From positions 1-34,084 of the forward strand of contig CAZEQN010000001.1 in NCBI GenBank assembly GCA_964514335.1: DNA of 34,084 nt, given 5' to 3'. The translations under genes and the position numbers were made by a program. This DNA is from an uncultured Anaerolineaceae bacterium. Lineage in GTDB: Bacteria > Chloroflexota > Anaerolineae > Anaerolineales > UBA11579. How positions within the stretch are numbered: position 1 is the first letter of the stretch; every line of letters starts with the position of its first letter. Shown piece by piece: positions 18,206 through 26,528 of this stretch. The notes below the pieces were generated by a model. It worked only from the letters and a program-made list of their open reading frames with translations. It was not told the DNA's origin and did no database searches.

Positions 18206-20677
18206 TCATCCAACTTCAGCTTCCCCCTCCCCGCCGCCGGTGCCTTCGTCGGGCGGGGTGACATCGCCATAATCGAGGATTTCACGCGCGTTGGAGCCGC
18301 CCGCCGCCGGGCCGATGATACCGGCATCTTCCATGGCGTCAATCAGGCGCGCCGAGCGCGTGTAGCCAATCCGCAGGCCGCGCTGGAGCATGGAGATGGA
18401 GGCCTTGCCGCGCCGCCGCACAAGGTCCACCGCCGCCACATACATCTCGTCCTGGTCGTTGGCGGCTTCCATTTGCTTCATCTCTTCCCAGATCGCCATT
18501 TGCTTGAGCGGTACGCCAGCAGGCGGGCCATCGGTTGGCGTGCTGGTCGCCACCGGGGCGGTGCGGGTGGTGCCGGCAAAGCCGCGCCAGTACTGCACCA
18601 GCCGTTGCAGTTCATCGTCTGACACATACACGCCCTGCAAACGCACCGGGGCCGGCGCATCCGGCGCCTGGAAAAGCATATCGCCGCGGCCCAGCAGGCG
18701 CTCGGCGCCCGGTTGGTCCAGAATCACGCGGCTGTCGGTGCCGGAGGCCACCGCAAAGGCAATGCGGGCCGGGAAGTTGGCTTTGATGAGGCCGGTAACC
18801 ACATCCACCGAGGGACGCTGGGTGGAAATCATCAGGTGGATGCCGGTGGCCCGCGCCAGTTGCGCCATGCGGGTGATGTAGCGTTCGGTCTGGTCGGGGG
18901 CGACCATCATCATATCCGCCAGTTCATCAATAATCAGGACGAGGTGCGGCATAACCGGCTTGCCCTGGGTGGTCTGGCGCTGGTTGTAATCCGCCAGGTT
19001 GCGCGCCCCGACCTCGGCGAATTTCTGGTAGCGGGTGTCCATCTCGCGCGTCACCCATTGCAGCACGCCCACCACCCGGTCAATCTCGGTCACCACCGGC
19101 GCCAGCAAATGCGGGATGCCATTGTAACCGGTCAGTTCCACGCGCTTGGGGTCGACCATAATCAGGCGCAGCGTGGCGGGGGTGTTGTGTAGCAGCAAGG
19201 TGGCGATGATGGCATTCACGCACACGGACTTACCAGAGCCGGTCGCGCCCGCCACCAGCAGGTGCGGCATGGCGGCCAGGTCGGCGGCCACGGCATGCCC
19301 GGCCACATCCTGCCCTAAAGCAAAGCGCAGGTTGGACTTCAGGCGGCCAAAGGCCGGGTTCTCGATGACATCCCGCAGGGCGACCGCGCCGATTTGCTCG
19401 TTGGGCACCTCAATGCCGACATAACCCTTGCCCGGCACGGGGGCCTGCACGCGGATGCGCGAGGCCGCCAGCGCCAGCGAGAGGTCATCGGCCAGCGAGG
19501 CGATTTTGCCCACCCGCACACGCGTGCGGCCATTGCGGGTTTCAATGAAAGCGGGTTCCACGCCGAACTGGGTGATGGTCGGGCCGCGATTGATTTCCAC
19601 CACATTGGCCGGCGCGCCAAACGAAGCGAGGGTGTCTTCAATGACTTTGGCACGCGCTTTATCGGCGTCTTCGTTGTAGGCGATGGCCGCGCCGGCATCC
19701 AGCATGTCTTTCACGCTCGGTAGCACCCACTCACGCGCCGGTTCAGGCGCGCTGGGCTGGGTGGCGGAGGGCTGGGTATAGGCGGTGGCGGCGGCCAGCC
19801 CGGCGGGCAGGCTTTCCGGGGGCGGGGGCGGCTCGGGCATCGGCACGGCCGCGCCGGCCGGGATTTCGGGCGAATGCAGCGGCAGGCCGGCAATCGGCGG
19901 GCCATCCGGGCGGCGGCTGGCCTGCCATTCATCCCAGGCGTCCTGCAGGCGCAGTTTGAACGGCACCACCCAGCGGAAGAGGTCCAGCACGGCCAGGTCG
20001 AGGCTCATGGCGAGCCCAACGAGGAACCAGGCCATCAGGGCAATCAGCAGGCCGAGCGTGCCGAGCCCGTTGTGGAGCAGCACCCACAGGCTGCCGCCCA
20101 CATAGCCACCCGCCTGCCCCGCAGCGGCCAGGGCCAGCGCATCGGCTTCATCCACGGGCACGAAGAAGGCGTGCAGCCACACCAGGCCGTTAACATACAG
20201 CAGGGCCAGGCCAACCAGCCGTTCAATATCCGGGCGCGGCACGCGCTCAAAGTTGCGCAGTACCAGCCAGATGCCCACCGCGATGAGCGCCAGCGGCAGG
20301 AAATAGCCGCCCCAGCCGAAAGCGCGCCGCACCAGGCCCAGCCAGGCGCCGGTCAGGCTGCCCTGACTGGCGGAGAGCAGGCTCAACAGGGTGAGCAGGC
20401 CAACCAGCGCCAGCACGACCCCGGTGATATCCAGTTTGCGGTCCAGCGAGATGCCGGTCTGAATCGGCGGGCCGCTGGGGCGCAGGGGCTTGCGCGGCGC
20501 GGCTTTGGCCGCCGGGGCGGCCGGTTTGCGGCGCAGGCCGCTGAACAGGCGCGGCAGCTTGAGCCCGCCTTTTTTGGCCTGCGGTTTGCGGGTGGTTTTT
20601 TTAGCGGTGGCCTGGCGGCGGGTGGTCGCTTTGCGCCGCGCCGCGGGCTTACGGGAGGAAGTTTTACGGGTTGCCAT
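18206..20677 (-). CDS. ftsK: DNA translocase FtsK/SpoIIIE
   Basis: It has a basic N-terminus, TM segments and a Pro-rich linker. The motor domain carries Walker A (GATGSGKS) and the DELAD motif. A C-terminal winged-helix gamma domain reads SISMLQRGLRIGYTRSARLID. Confidence 0.95.
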   Translation of the reverse strand: MATRKTSSRKPAARRKATTRRQATAKKTTRKPQAKKGGLKLPRLFSGLRRKPAAPAAKAAPRKPLRPSGPPIQTGISLDRKLDITGVVLALVGLLTLLSLLSASQGSLTGAWLGLVRRAFGWGGYFLPLALIAVGIWLVLRNFERVPRPDIERLVGLALLYVNGLVWLHAFFVPVDEADALALAAAGQAGGYVGGSLWVLLHNGLGTLGLLIALMAWFLVGLAMSLDLAVLDLFRWVVPFKLRLQDAWDEWQASRRPDGPPIAGLPLHSPEIPAGAAVPMPEPPPPPESLPAGLAAATAYTQPSATQPSAPEPAREWVLPSVKDMLDAGAAIAYNEDADKARAKVIEDTLASFGAPANVVEINRGPTITQFGVEPAFIETRNGRTRVRVGKIASLADDLSLALAASRIRVQAPVPGKGYVGIEVPNEQIGAVALRDVIENPAFGRLKSNLRFALGQDVAGHAVAADLAAMPHLLVAGATGSGKSVCVNAIIATLLLHNTPATLRLIMVDPKRVELTGYNGIPHLLAPVVTEIDRVVGVLQWVTREMDTRYQKFAEVGARNLADYNQRQTTQGKPVMPHLVLIIDELADMMMVAPDQTERYITRMAQLARATGIHLMISTQRPSVDVVTGLIKANFPARIAFAVASGTDSRVILDQPGAERLLGRGDMLFQAPDAPAPVRLQGVYVSDDELQRLVQYWRGFAGTTRTAPVATSTPTDGPPAGVPLKQMAIWEEMKQMEAANDQDEMYVAAVDLVRRRGKASISMLQRGLRIGYTRSARLIDAMEDAGIIGPAAGGSNAREILDYGDVTPPDEGTGGGEGEAEVG

Positions 20678-20746
20678 ACATGCGCCTCGCGATTAAGTAT
20701 AGCATGTATGTTCTGATAATTCCTGTAATGAGCGGCGCCGATAAGC

Positions 20747-20780
20747 AAAAAAGCAGGGGCGACCTGCAGGTCGCCCCTGC
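20747..20780 (-). terminator. Rho-independent terminator downstream of the yceI-like gene
   Basis: A 12-bp stem pairs GCAGGGGCGACC (20753-20764) with GGTCGCCCCTGC (20769-20780) around a TGCA loop. A T6 run follows on the minus strand (A6 at 20747-20752). Confidence 0.75.
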
Positions 20781-20808
20781 AAAACCAGGTTGGCTTGCAG
20801 GCGCGGCG

Positions 20809-21540
20809 TTACTGCCGCACGGCTACAAACTCAATCGTCAGTTTTACGGCATCGTCCACGCTGGCAACCTGCGGCACGCTGGGGATTTGCAGGCCGTAGG
20901 TGCTGTCGCGCAGCACGGTCGCGGCAAAGCTGCCCTGCAACTCGGTGGCAGAAAGCAATGTAACCGTGCCTTCAAAGGTTTCGCTGGCGGTGACGGCTTT
21001 GATGGTCAGGTCGCCGGTGATAGTGACGGGGTAAGCCACGCCAATTTCAACTACTTCCGGCAGGCCGCTGATGCTGGTGGGCGTGAACGTGATGGTGGGA
21101 AACGAGCCAGTCTCCAGAATGAAGCGCTGGATCATGCCGTTGCGCGAGCCGCTGTCGGTGGCGAGGGAACCAGCCTGCACGCTGACCGGGCCGACAGTGG
21201 TATTGGCCGGGGTGTCAAAATCCACGCTAATGTCACCGCTGACCTGGCTGGTCACGCCAACGGCAGTGAAGGGCGAATTGCGCAGGATTTCATCTACGGC
21301 AAAGCTCACCTGGCTGCGGCTGGGGTCAATGGCAAAGACCGCCTGGCCGGAGAGGCTGTCTGTGCTGGTGGCTGGCTCGGCAGTGGGGTCTGCGGCCGGG
21401 GCGGCGGGTTCAGCGGTGGGGCTGGCGGCCACGGTCTGCACTTCCGGGGCCGGGATGCTGGTGGGCGTGGCGGCCGGGGCGGCTGTGCCACAGGCGGCCA
21501 GCAGCAGGCTGATGATCAGTACCGGTAAGAATTTACGCAT
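20809..21540 (-). CDS. YceI-family polyisoprenoid-binding lipoprotein
   Basis: It has a lipobox signal (MRKFLPVLIISLLLAACG) and an Ala/Pro/Thr-rich linker. The YceI-like body includes IDPSRSQVSF and a C-terminal IEFVAV. I chose the start at 21540 (GGAGAC upstream) over 21633. Confidence 0.75.
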   Translation of the reverse strand: MRKFLPVLIISLLLAACGTAAPAATPTSIPAPEVQTVAASPTAEPAAPAADPTAEPATSTDSLSGQAVFAIDPSRSQVSFAVDEILRNSPFTAVGVTSQVSGDISVDFDTPANTTVGPVSVQAGSLATDSGSRNGMIQRFILETGSFPTITFTPTSISGLPEVVEIGVAYPVTITGDLTIKAVTASETFEGTVTLLSATELQGSFAATVLRDSTYGLQIPSVPQVASVDDAVKLTIEFVAVRQ

Positions 21541-21667
21541 GGGAGTCTCCTTGGATTTTACGAATAAGTGCCTATTGTACCCAGCCGGTGTTAAATCCAT
21601 GTAAAATTTAGGGCTGTGGCAATGGCGGTACAATACGCTAAACGATTCCCTCTTTGAAGGATTTCAT

Positions 21668-22633
21668 TTGTTTGAGATTGTTTTTCTTGGCACGTCGGCT
21701 TCGGCTCCCTCCATCCAGCGCGGGTTGTCGGCGCAGGTCATCAAGCACAACGAGCACCGCTTTCTGGTGGATTGTGGCGAGGGCACGCAACGCCAGATCC
21801 TGACCTCCGGACTGGGCTTTAAAAAGCTGAATAAGATTCTGATTACGCACGGCCACCTCGACCACATCCTGGGGCTGGCGGGGCTGTTCTCGACTTTCTC
21901 GCGCTGGGAGACGATTGAGCAGGTGGAAATCATGGCTGGCAAGTGGGCGCTGGAGCGCATCCATGACCTGCTGTACGGGGTGCGGGTACTGCAACCGGGC
22001 AAGATGGAAATTGAAGTGAAGATGACCGAAATTCAGGCGGGGGAGATTTTCAAAGACGGTGATTTTACGGTAACGGCCATACCGGTCAGCCACCGCGGGC
22101 CGGATTGCTTTGGCTATGTGTTCGAGACCGCCCCGCGCCGCCCGTTTTTGCCGGAGGCGGCCGAGGCGCTGGGCGTGCCGCATGGGCCGCAGCGCGGGGC
22201 GCTGGTACGCGGCGAGGCCGTAACGCTGGTGGATGGCCGCATCGTTCAGCCGGAAGAGGTGCTGGGGCCGGAAGCGCCGGGGGCCAAACTGGTGCACATT
22301 GGCGATACCGGCCGCATTGACAACCTGCTGGAAGCCTGCCGGGAGGCCGACGCGCTGGTGATTGAATCGACCTACCTGAACGAAGAAGCCGACATGGCGC
22401 AACGCTTTGCGCACCTGACGGCCGAGATGGCCGCCACGCTGGCGCGGGATGCGGGCGTGAAACGCCTGCTGCTCACCCACGTTTCGCGGCGCTACCGCGA
22501 GCGCGACATCCGCAAGGAGGCCCGGGCGGTCTTCCCGGCCACCGAAGTGGCCCGCGACTTTGATGTCTACCAGGTGCGGCGCGGCGAGTGCGTAAAGGTG
22601 GAATTGCAGCCCGATTCTGACGAAGATTTATGA
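21668..22633 (+). CDS. rnz: Ribonuclease Z (MBL-fold tRNA 3' endonuclease)
   Basis: The N-terminus reads FLGTSASAPS, followed by LVDCGEGTQ and the HxHxDH motif ITHGHLDHILG. It is 321 aa. The start is TTG, preceded by GAAGGA. Confidence 0.8.
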   Translation: MFEIVFLGTSASAPSIQRGLSAQVIKHNEHRFLVDCGEGTQRQILTSGLGFKKLNKILITHGHLDHILGLAGLFSTFSRWETIEQVEIMAGKWALERIHDLLYGVRVLQPGKMEIEVKMTEIQAGEIFKDGDFTVTAIPVSHRGPDCFGYVFETAPRRPFLPEAAEALGVPHGPQRGALVRGEAVTLVDGRIVQPEEVLGPEAPGAKLVHIGDTGRIDNLLEACREADALVIESTYLNEEADMAQRFAHLTAEMAATLARDAGVKRLLLTHVSRRYRERDIRKEARAVFPATEVARDFDVYQVRRGECVKVELQPDSDEDL

Positions 22634-22665
22634 GTAAACACTCATAATCCAGTTCCCTGCAGGGA

Positions 22666-22694
22666 TTGACTTTCAACGGGTGCGGCATTAGTAT
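22666..22694 (+). promoter_or_regulatory. Strong sigma-70-like promoter of the cold-shock gene
   Basis: It consists of TTGACT (22666-22671), a 17-nt spacer and TAGTAT (22689-22694). This leaves a ~100-nt 5' UTR before the ATG at 22798. Confidence 0.6.
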
Positions 22695-22797
22695 TAGCGC
22701 CGCTTGAAGTTCCACAGTAAGTTCTAAAAAGAAAGTCCCCTTTTGATTTGGAACCCCTGCACGACAAGCAATACACTATGAAAGGAGTTCCAAAATC

Positions 22798-23007
22798 ATG
22801 TCCGAAAAAGAACAAGGCAAGGTCAAGTGGTTCAACGGCGCAAAAGGCTTCGGCTTTATTGAGCGCGAGAACGGCGAAGACGTGTTCGTTCACTTCAGCG
22901 CGATCGTAAGCGACGGCTTCCGCACCCTCGAAGAGGGCCAGCGGGTCGAGTTTACGGTTGAAAAAGGCCAGAAGGGCCTTCAGGCGCAGAACGTAACGAC
23001 TCTGTAG
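22798..23007 (+). CDS. cspA: Cold-shock protein, CspA family
   Basis: [15 protein letters not shown] is the RNP1 motif and DVFVHFSAI is RNP2. It is 69 aa. A GAAAGGAG Shine-Dalgarno lies upstream. Confidence 0.95.
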   Translation: MSEKEQGKVKWFNGAKGFGFIERENGEDVFVHFSAIVSDGFRTLEEGQRVEFTVEKGQKGLQAQNVTTL

Positions 23008-23025
23008 TCCGACCTTCAAAACGAA

Positions 23026-23057
23026 ACAGGGCCATGCGCAAGCATGGCTCTGTTTTT
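23026..23057 (+). terminator. Rho-independent terminator between convergent genes (possibly bidirectional)
   Basis: The stem pairs CAGGGCCATGC (23026-23036) with GCATGGCTCTG (23041-23051) around a GCAA loop. A T6 run follows at 23052-23057, and an A-rich stretch lies upstream. Confidence 0.75.
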
Positions 23058-23077
23058 TATTTAATCCCGGGTGCGGC

Positions 23078-24091
23078 CTAAGCGGCCAGTTTTTTGAAAT
23101 CAGCCTGGAGTTGCCGCCAGAAGGCATCCCGCTCGCCGGGGCGCAGAGGGATGTAGACCGTGATGCGGTCGGCGAGGCCGGCGTAGCGTTCGTGCAGGGC
23201 GGCGGCCAGGTCGGCTTCGGGGGCCACGGTGGCAAAAGTACCCAGCATCTCATCGCTGATGAGGTCGGGCATCTCGGCCCATTCCTGTTTGGCAGCGTGG
23301 CCGCTCAAACGCTCGGCGACTTCGGCCCAGCCGTGGTGGGCCATCACCGCCCGGTAGGAGGGGGTGGAGGCATAGAAGGCGATTTGCATGCGCACCAGGG
23401 CTTCATCGTGCGGGCTGCTGACGGTGAAGGCATTCACGACCATATCCAGCGCAGTGCGCGGCCGGCTGGCGCGGGCGAGGCCCTCCTCAAAGGCGGGCAG
23501 CATCACCGTACGCAGGTAGTCGGGCGAGTGATAGGGGTGGACGTGAAAGCCATCCGCCAGTTCCCCGGCGAGGCGCGCCAGGCCGGTATTGACCCCCGCG
23601 ATGTAAATCGGGATGTCGGGGTGCTCGATTTTGTCAGGCGTGAAGAAGGGTGAGGTCAGGGTGAGTTTGTAGTACTCGCCGCGCTGGTTGAGTTTTTCGC
23701 CGGTTTGCCAGTGCGCCCAGAAGGCACGGATGGCCTGAATCTGTTCGCGCAGTTTGCCGGTCACAGACTCCGGCCAGGGCAGGCCAAAGCGCCGCTCGAT
23801 GTGGGCCTTGACCTGCGTACCGAGGCCGAGCCGGAAGCGCCCGCCGGAGAGTTCGGCGAGGTCCCAACTGCTGTGGGCCATCACGGCCGGGCTGCGGGCA
23901 AAGGACACCGCGATGCCGGTGCCAAACTGAATGCGCTGGGTGTTGGCGGCGATGAGGGCGCAGGCGAGGAAGGGGTTGTGCTGGGTTTCCGCGGCCCAGA
24001 TGCAGTCAAAGCCGAGGGCCTCGGCGTGGCGCGCCAGTTCCGGCACAGCGCTCAAGGGGGTGGAAGGGTCAAGGAAGGTGTCTAATTGCAT
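23078..24091 (-). CDS. Luciferase-like monooxygenase (LLM) class, probably an F420-dependent oxidoreductase
   Basis: It is 337 aa. The N-terminal pattern (AEALGFDCIWAAETQHNPF ... GTGIAVSFARSP ... GRFRLGLG) is typical of the LLM family. Confidence 0.75.
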   Translation of the reverse strand: MQLDTFLDPSTPLSAVPELARHAEALGFDCIWAAETQHNPFLACALIAANTQRIQFGTGIAVSFARSPAVMAHSSWDLAELSGGRFRLGLGTQVKAHIERRFGLPWPESVTGKLREQIQAIRAFWAHWQTGEKLNQRGEYYKLTLTSPFFTPDKIEHPDIPIYIAGVNTGLARLAGELADGFHVHPYHSPDYLRTVMLPAFEEGLARASRPRTALDMVVNAFTVSSPHDEALVRMQIAFYASTPSYRAVMAHHGWAEVAERLSGHAAKQEWAEMPDLISDEMLGTFATVAPEADLAAALHERYAGLADRITVYIPLRPGERDAFWRQLQADFKKLAA

Positions 24092-24103
24092 CGGGTGGAG
24101 TGG

Positions 24104-24310
24104 TTATGGCGTCGGGTTGCGGAGGATGATTTTGCGCTGGCGTTCGGATTCGTCTGTATCGATTTCTTCTCCACATTCACGGCAAGTTACAGTTTCCTCA
24201 TCAGTAAACCTATGGTCAATCACTACAAACTTCGCATTTTCAAATGAAAGAACTTCATATTGATTGGGGGTTGATACGAATTCCTCTGAACCACAAGAAG
24301 GGCAGTTCAT
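24104..24310 (-). CDS. Small zinc-ribbon protein (CPxCG ... CxxCG), function unknown
   Basis: It is 68 aa: MNCPSCGSEEF...VTCRECGEEI. A GGAG lies 8 nt upstream, inside the end of the preceding gene, and only 3 nt separate it from that gene's stop. Confidence 0.6.
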   Translation of the reverse strand: MNCPSCGSEEFVSTPNQYEVLSFENAKFVVIDHRFTDEETVTCRECGEEIDTDESERQRKIILRNPTP

Positions 24311-24313
24311 TGT

Positions 24314-25189
24314 TCACTCCTGTTCAATTTCACGAGTTTCAATACCATATCTTTTTGCTCTCGTTTTCATAAAAGGATGTATCCAATGGGCAACCAGCAT
24401 ACCCCTTGTTTCAGCAAAGGAACGTCCAAAATAAATCGCGGCCATATACTTGTATTTTGTTGCTTGCAGCAATCCTTCGATATCTTTCACGCCGACTTCA
24501 TTTTCAACCTCTACCGCAAGAAATCGGCTTCTGGAGTCTTCAAACAATAAATCAATCTTATCTGTGGTGGGAAAACGATATTCCATTTCGATACAGGTTA
24601 AGTTATTTTCAATAAGGCTTGGCGTGTGGCAAAGGCGATATTTTAAGGCGCGGTGGGTAGCACCCTCTCCCCTTGCACTATAAGCTCTAACTTTTCTCTC
24701 AAAGTCCGATTTTCTATTTCTCGCTACTTCAGTGTAGCTTTCATAATCGAAACCATCTATAGTTTTTAGCCATGCAATGATTGTGCTTGCTCTTCTTGGG
24801 GCAGTTGCACCCTTAAGGTCAGAATTTTCTTCTAGGAATTTCGAAATACTTGATTTGTTTAGCTCTGTTTCGGACAAATTATCAAGAATAAATTTAACGA
24901 TTTGTGTATTACGAACAGCATCAACTAGGATGGTATGTTTATCTTCAACTCTCACGCTCTTTAGAAATCGTTTTCCCAAGTCACTTACAACTGGTTTATC
25001 TCTGCTAGGCTCTAAAAAGCCCAGCACTCTTGCAGCATGTTTGTAGTAATCCACCTGCCGTTGATCAATTCCAAGTTCAGAACCTAATCTTTTGTTCCCA
25101 ACAAACCCTACATCGACCAATGCAATTAGATCACCAACTAATTGAAGACTATTTGCCTGAGGGATATCGACGGTCTTAAATTTTTTCAT
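24314..25189 (-). CDS. Unassigned 291-aa protein, putative nuclease partner of the Dam-type methyltransferase
   Basis: It overlaps the methyltransferase stop by 14 nt. The C-terminal segment KIDLLFEDSRSRFLAVEVENEV...LLQATKYKYM resembles the core strands of NucS/RecB-like PD-(D/E)XK nucleases. The N-terminus has two wHTH-like segments. I recognise no named family. Confidence 0.45.
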   Translation of the reverse strand: MKKFKTVDIPQANSLQLVGDLIALVDVGFVGNKRLGSELGIDQRQVDYYKHAARVLGFLEPSRDKPVVSDLGKRFLKSVRVEDKHTILVDAVRNTQIVKFILDNLSETELNKSSISKFLEENSDLKGATAPRRASTIIAWLKTIDGFDYESYTEVARNRKSDFERKVRAYSARGEGATHRALKYRLCHTPSLIENNLTCIEMEYRFPTTDKIDLLFEDSRSRFLAVEVENEVGVKDIEGLLQATKYKYMAAIYFGRSFAETRGMLVAHWIHPFMKTRAKRYGIETREIEQE

Positions 25190-26069
25190 AATTCGTTACA
25201 ACCAGTTCTGAAACTGGCCCTCTCCCACTTCCCTTTGAATTAATGTTTCTTCTTGCGCGTATCTCGTGTACGGTAAATTCATGATAAGTACTGTATAGCT
25301 TTCTCGTATACTCACTATCGCTATTGCTAATAACTACATATACACCACGGGTCGTTAGTTGCTGGGCAACCTCGGCTAATCGCCTATGCTCTTGTATAGC
25401 AGTACTTGACTTTCCAAACCCCGTATTTGCATAACTTGTAAAGCCATTGCCTTCTGTGTAATAAGGCGGGTCAAAATAGACCAAGTCCTTAGCATTCGCA
25501 TATTCTAGGACAAAATTAAAATCACCCGAATGTAATTTCGCTTCTTCTAAAGCATTAGAAGCGGCGCGCAAACCGCTTTTTTCATAGATTTTTGGATTCT
25601 TGTAGGAACCAATAGGTACATTGAATTCACCCTTTGAGTTGACTCTATACAAACCATTGAAGCATGTTTTATTTAGATAAATCAATCGTGCAGCACGCTG
25701 TATAGTCCCCAATGTTTCTGGGGATTTTGCTCTTATTGCATAATACTGCTTTGTTGAGTGGTTTCTTTTTAGTTGTTCAAGTTCGGGCAAAAGAGAATCT
25801 AGATCGTCACGTATGATGCGATAAGAATTAATTAACTCTTCATTCGCATCATTGAGATGGGCTGTAAATTGTCCATACTGCCGCCTAAGAAAAAAAAACA
25901 CAGCCGCACTCCCAAGAAACGGCTCAAAGTATCCGTTAAAATCTTTTGGGAAAAAATCAAATAGAGTGTTAAGAAGTTGGGTTTTGCCTCCAGCCCATTT
26001 TAAAAAGGGTTGCGCAATTGAATTTGCTAAATATGGATTAATAATCTGTTCTTTAATGCGGTTGGTCAT
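25176..26069 (-). CDS. dam: Dam-type (D12 class, alpha) N6-adenine DNA methyltransferase
   Basis: It has the FLKWAGGK motif, EPFLGSAAVFF (SAM binding) and the DPPY catalytic motif. I prefer the start at 26069, where AT-rich composition begins and which leaves 21 aa before FLKWAGGK. In-frame starts exist up to 26171. Confidence 0.9.
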   Translation of the reverse strand: MTNRIKEQIINPYLANSIAQPFLKWAGGKTQLLNTLFDFFPKDFNGYFEPFLGSAAVFFFLRRQYGQFTAHLNDANEELINSYRIIRDDLDSLLPELEQLKRNHSTKQYYAIRAKSPETLGTIQRAARLIYLNKTCFNGLYRVNSKGEFNVPIGSYKNPKIYEKSGLRAASNALEEAKLHSGDFNFVLEYANAKDLVYFDPPYYTEGNGFTSYANTGFGKSSTAIQEHRRLAEVAQQLTTRGVYVVISNSDSEYTRKLYSTYHEFTVHEIRARRNINSKGSGRGPVSELVVTNYEKI

Positions 26070-26222
26070 TTTGGGGGTAACCATGTGCCAACTAGGGTTC
26101 ATAGATTTCAGCGCCCGCAAGGGTGCGCGCATAGTTGTGGCTGGCATCATTGTACCCTCGCCTACTGGCATTTGCCTGACTTTTGCCCTACAATAGACGC
26201 AGGAAAGCAGTTTGGTGACAGT

Positions 26223-26528
26223 ATGCTAACTGAATCGCTGATTGATAAACCCGCCCTGGCCGCCTTCTGCCGCCGCCACCACATTCGCCGCATGTCGTTG
26301 TTCGGCTCGGTGTTGCGCGCCGATTTTACGCCGGAGAGTGATGTAGATGTGCTGGTGGAGTTTGACCCGCAACATATCCCCGGCTTTATTCGGCTCGTGC
26401 ACATGCAGGAAGAACTTGGTGAGTTGCTCGGCGGTCGGGAAGTGGACCTGGTGACCGAAAAATTCATCAACCGGCACATTCGCGGGCAGGTGCTCGCCTC
26501 GGCGCAGGTAGTGTATGCAGGGGGATGA
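26223..26528 (+). CDS. mntA: Nucleotidyltransferase (MNT) antitoxin of an HEPN/MNT module
   Basis: It has the GS-x10-DxD pattern (FGSVLRADFTPESDVDVLVEF). It is 101 aa from the ATG at 26223. Confidence 0.85.
   Translation: MLTESLIDKPALAAFCRRHHIRRMSLFGSVLRADFTPESDVDVLVEFDPQHIPGFIRLVHMQEELGELLGGREVDLVTEKFINRHIRGQVLASAQVVYAGG

Larger units (their letters stand above)
24104..26100 (-). other. AT-rich genomic islet 2 (methyltransferase-led three-gene cassette), approximate boundaries
   Basis: G+C is 17/60 at 24841-24900 against a ~63% host background. The islet lies between the start of the LLM gene and the MNT/HEPN pair. Confidence 0.8.

Noticed and set aside
19874-22480. Long antisense ORFs (19874-20716 +, 20671-21528 +, 21638-22480 -)
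   Set aside because: Each lies opposite a gene with strong family motifs (ftsK, the yceI-like gene, rnz). All have biased Gly/Arg/Ala/Gln composition and no motifs.
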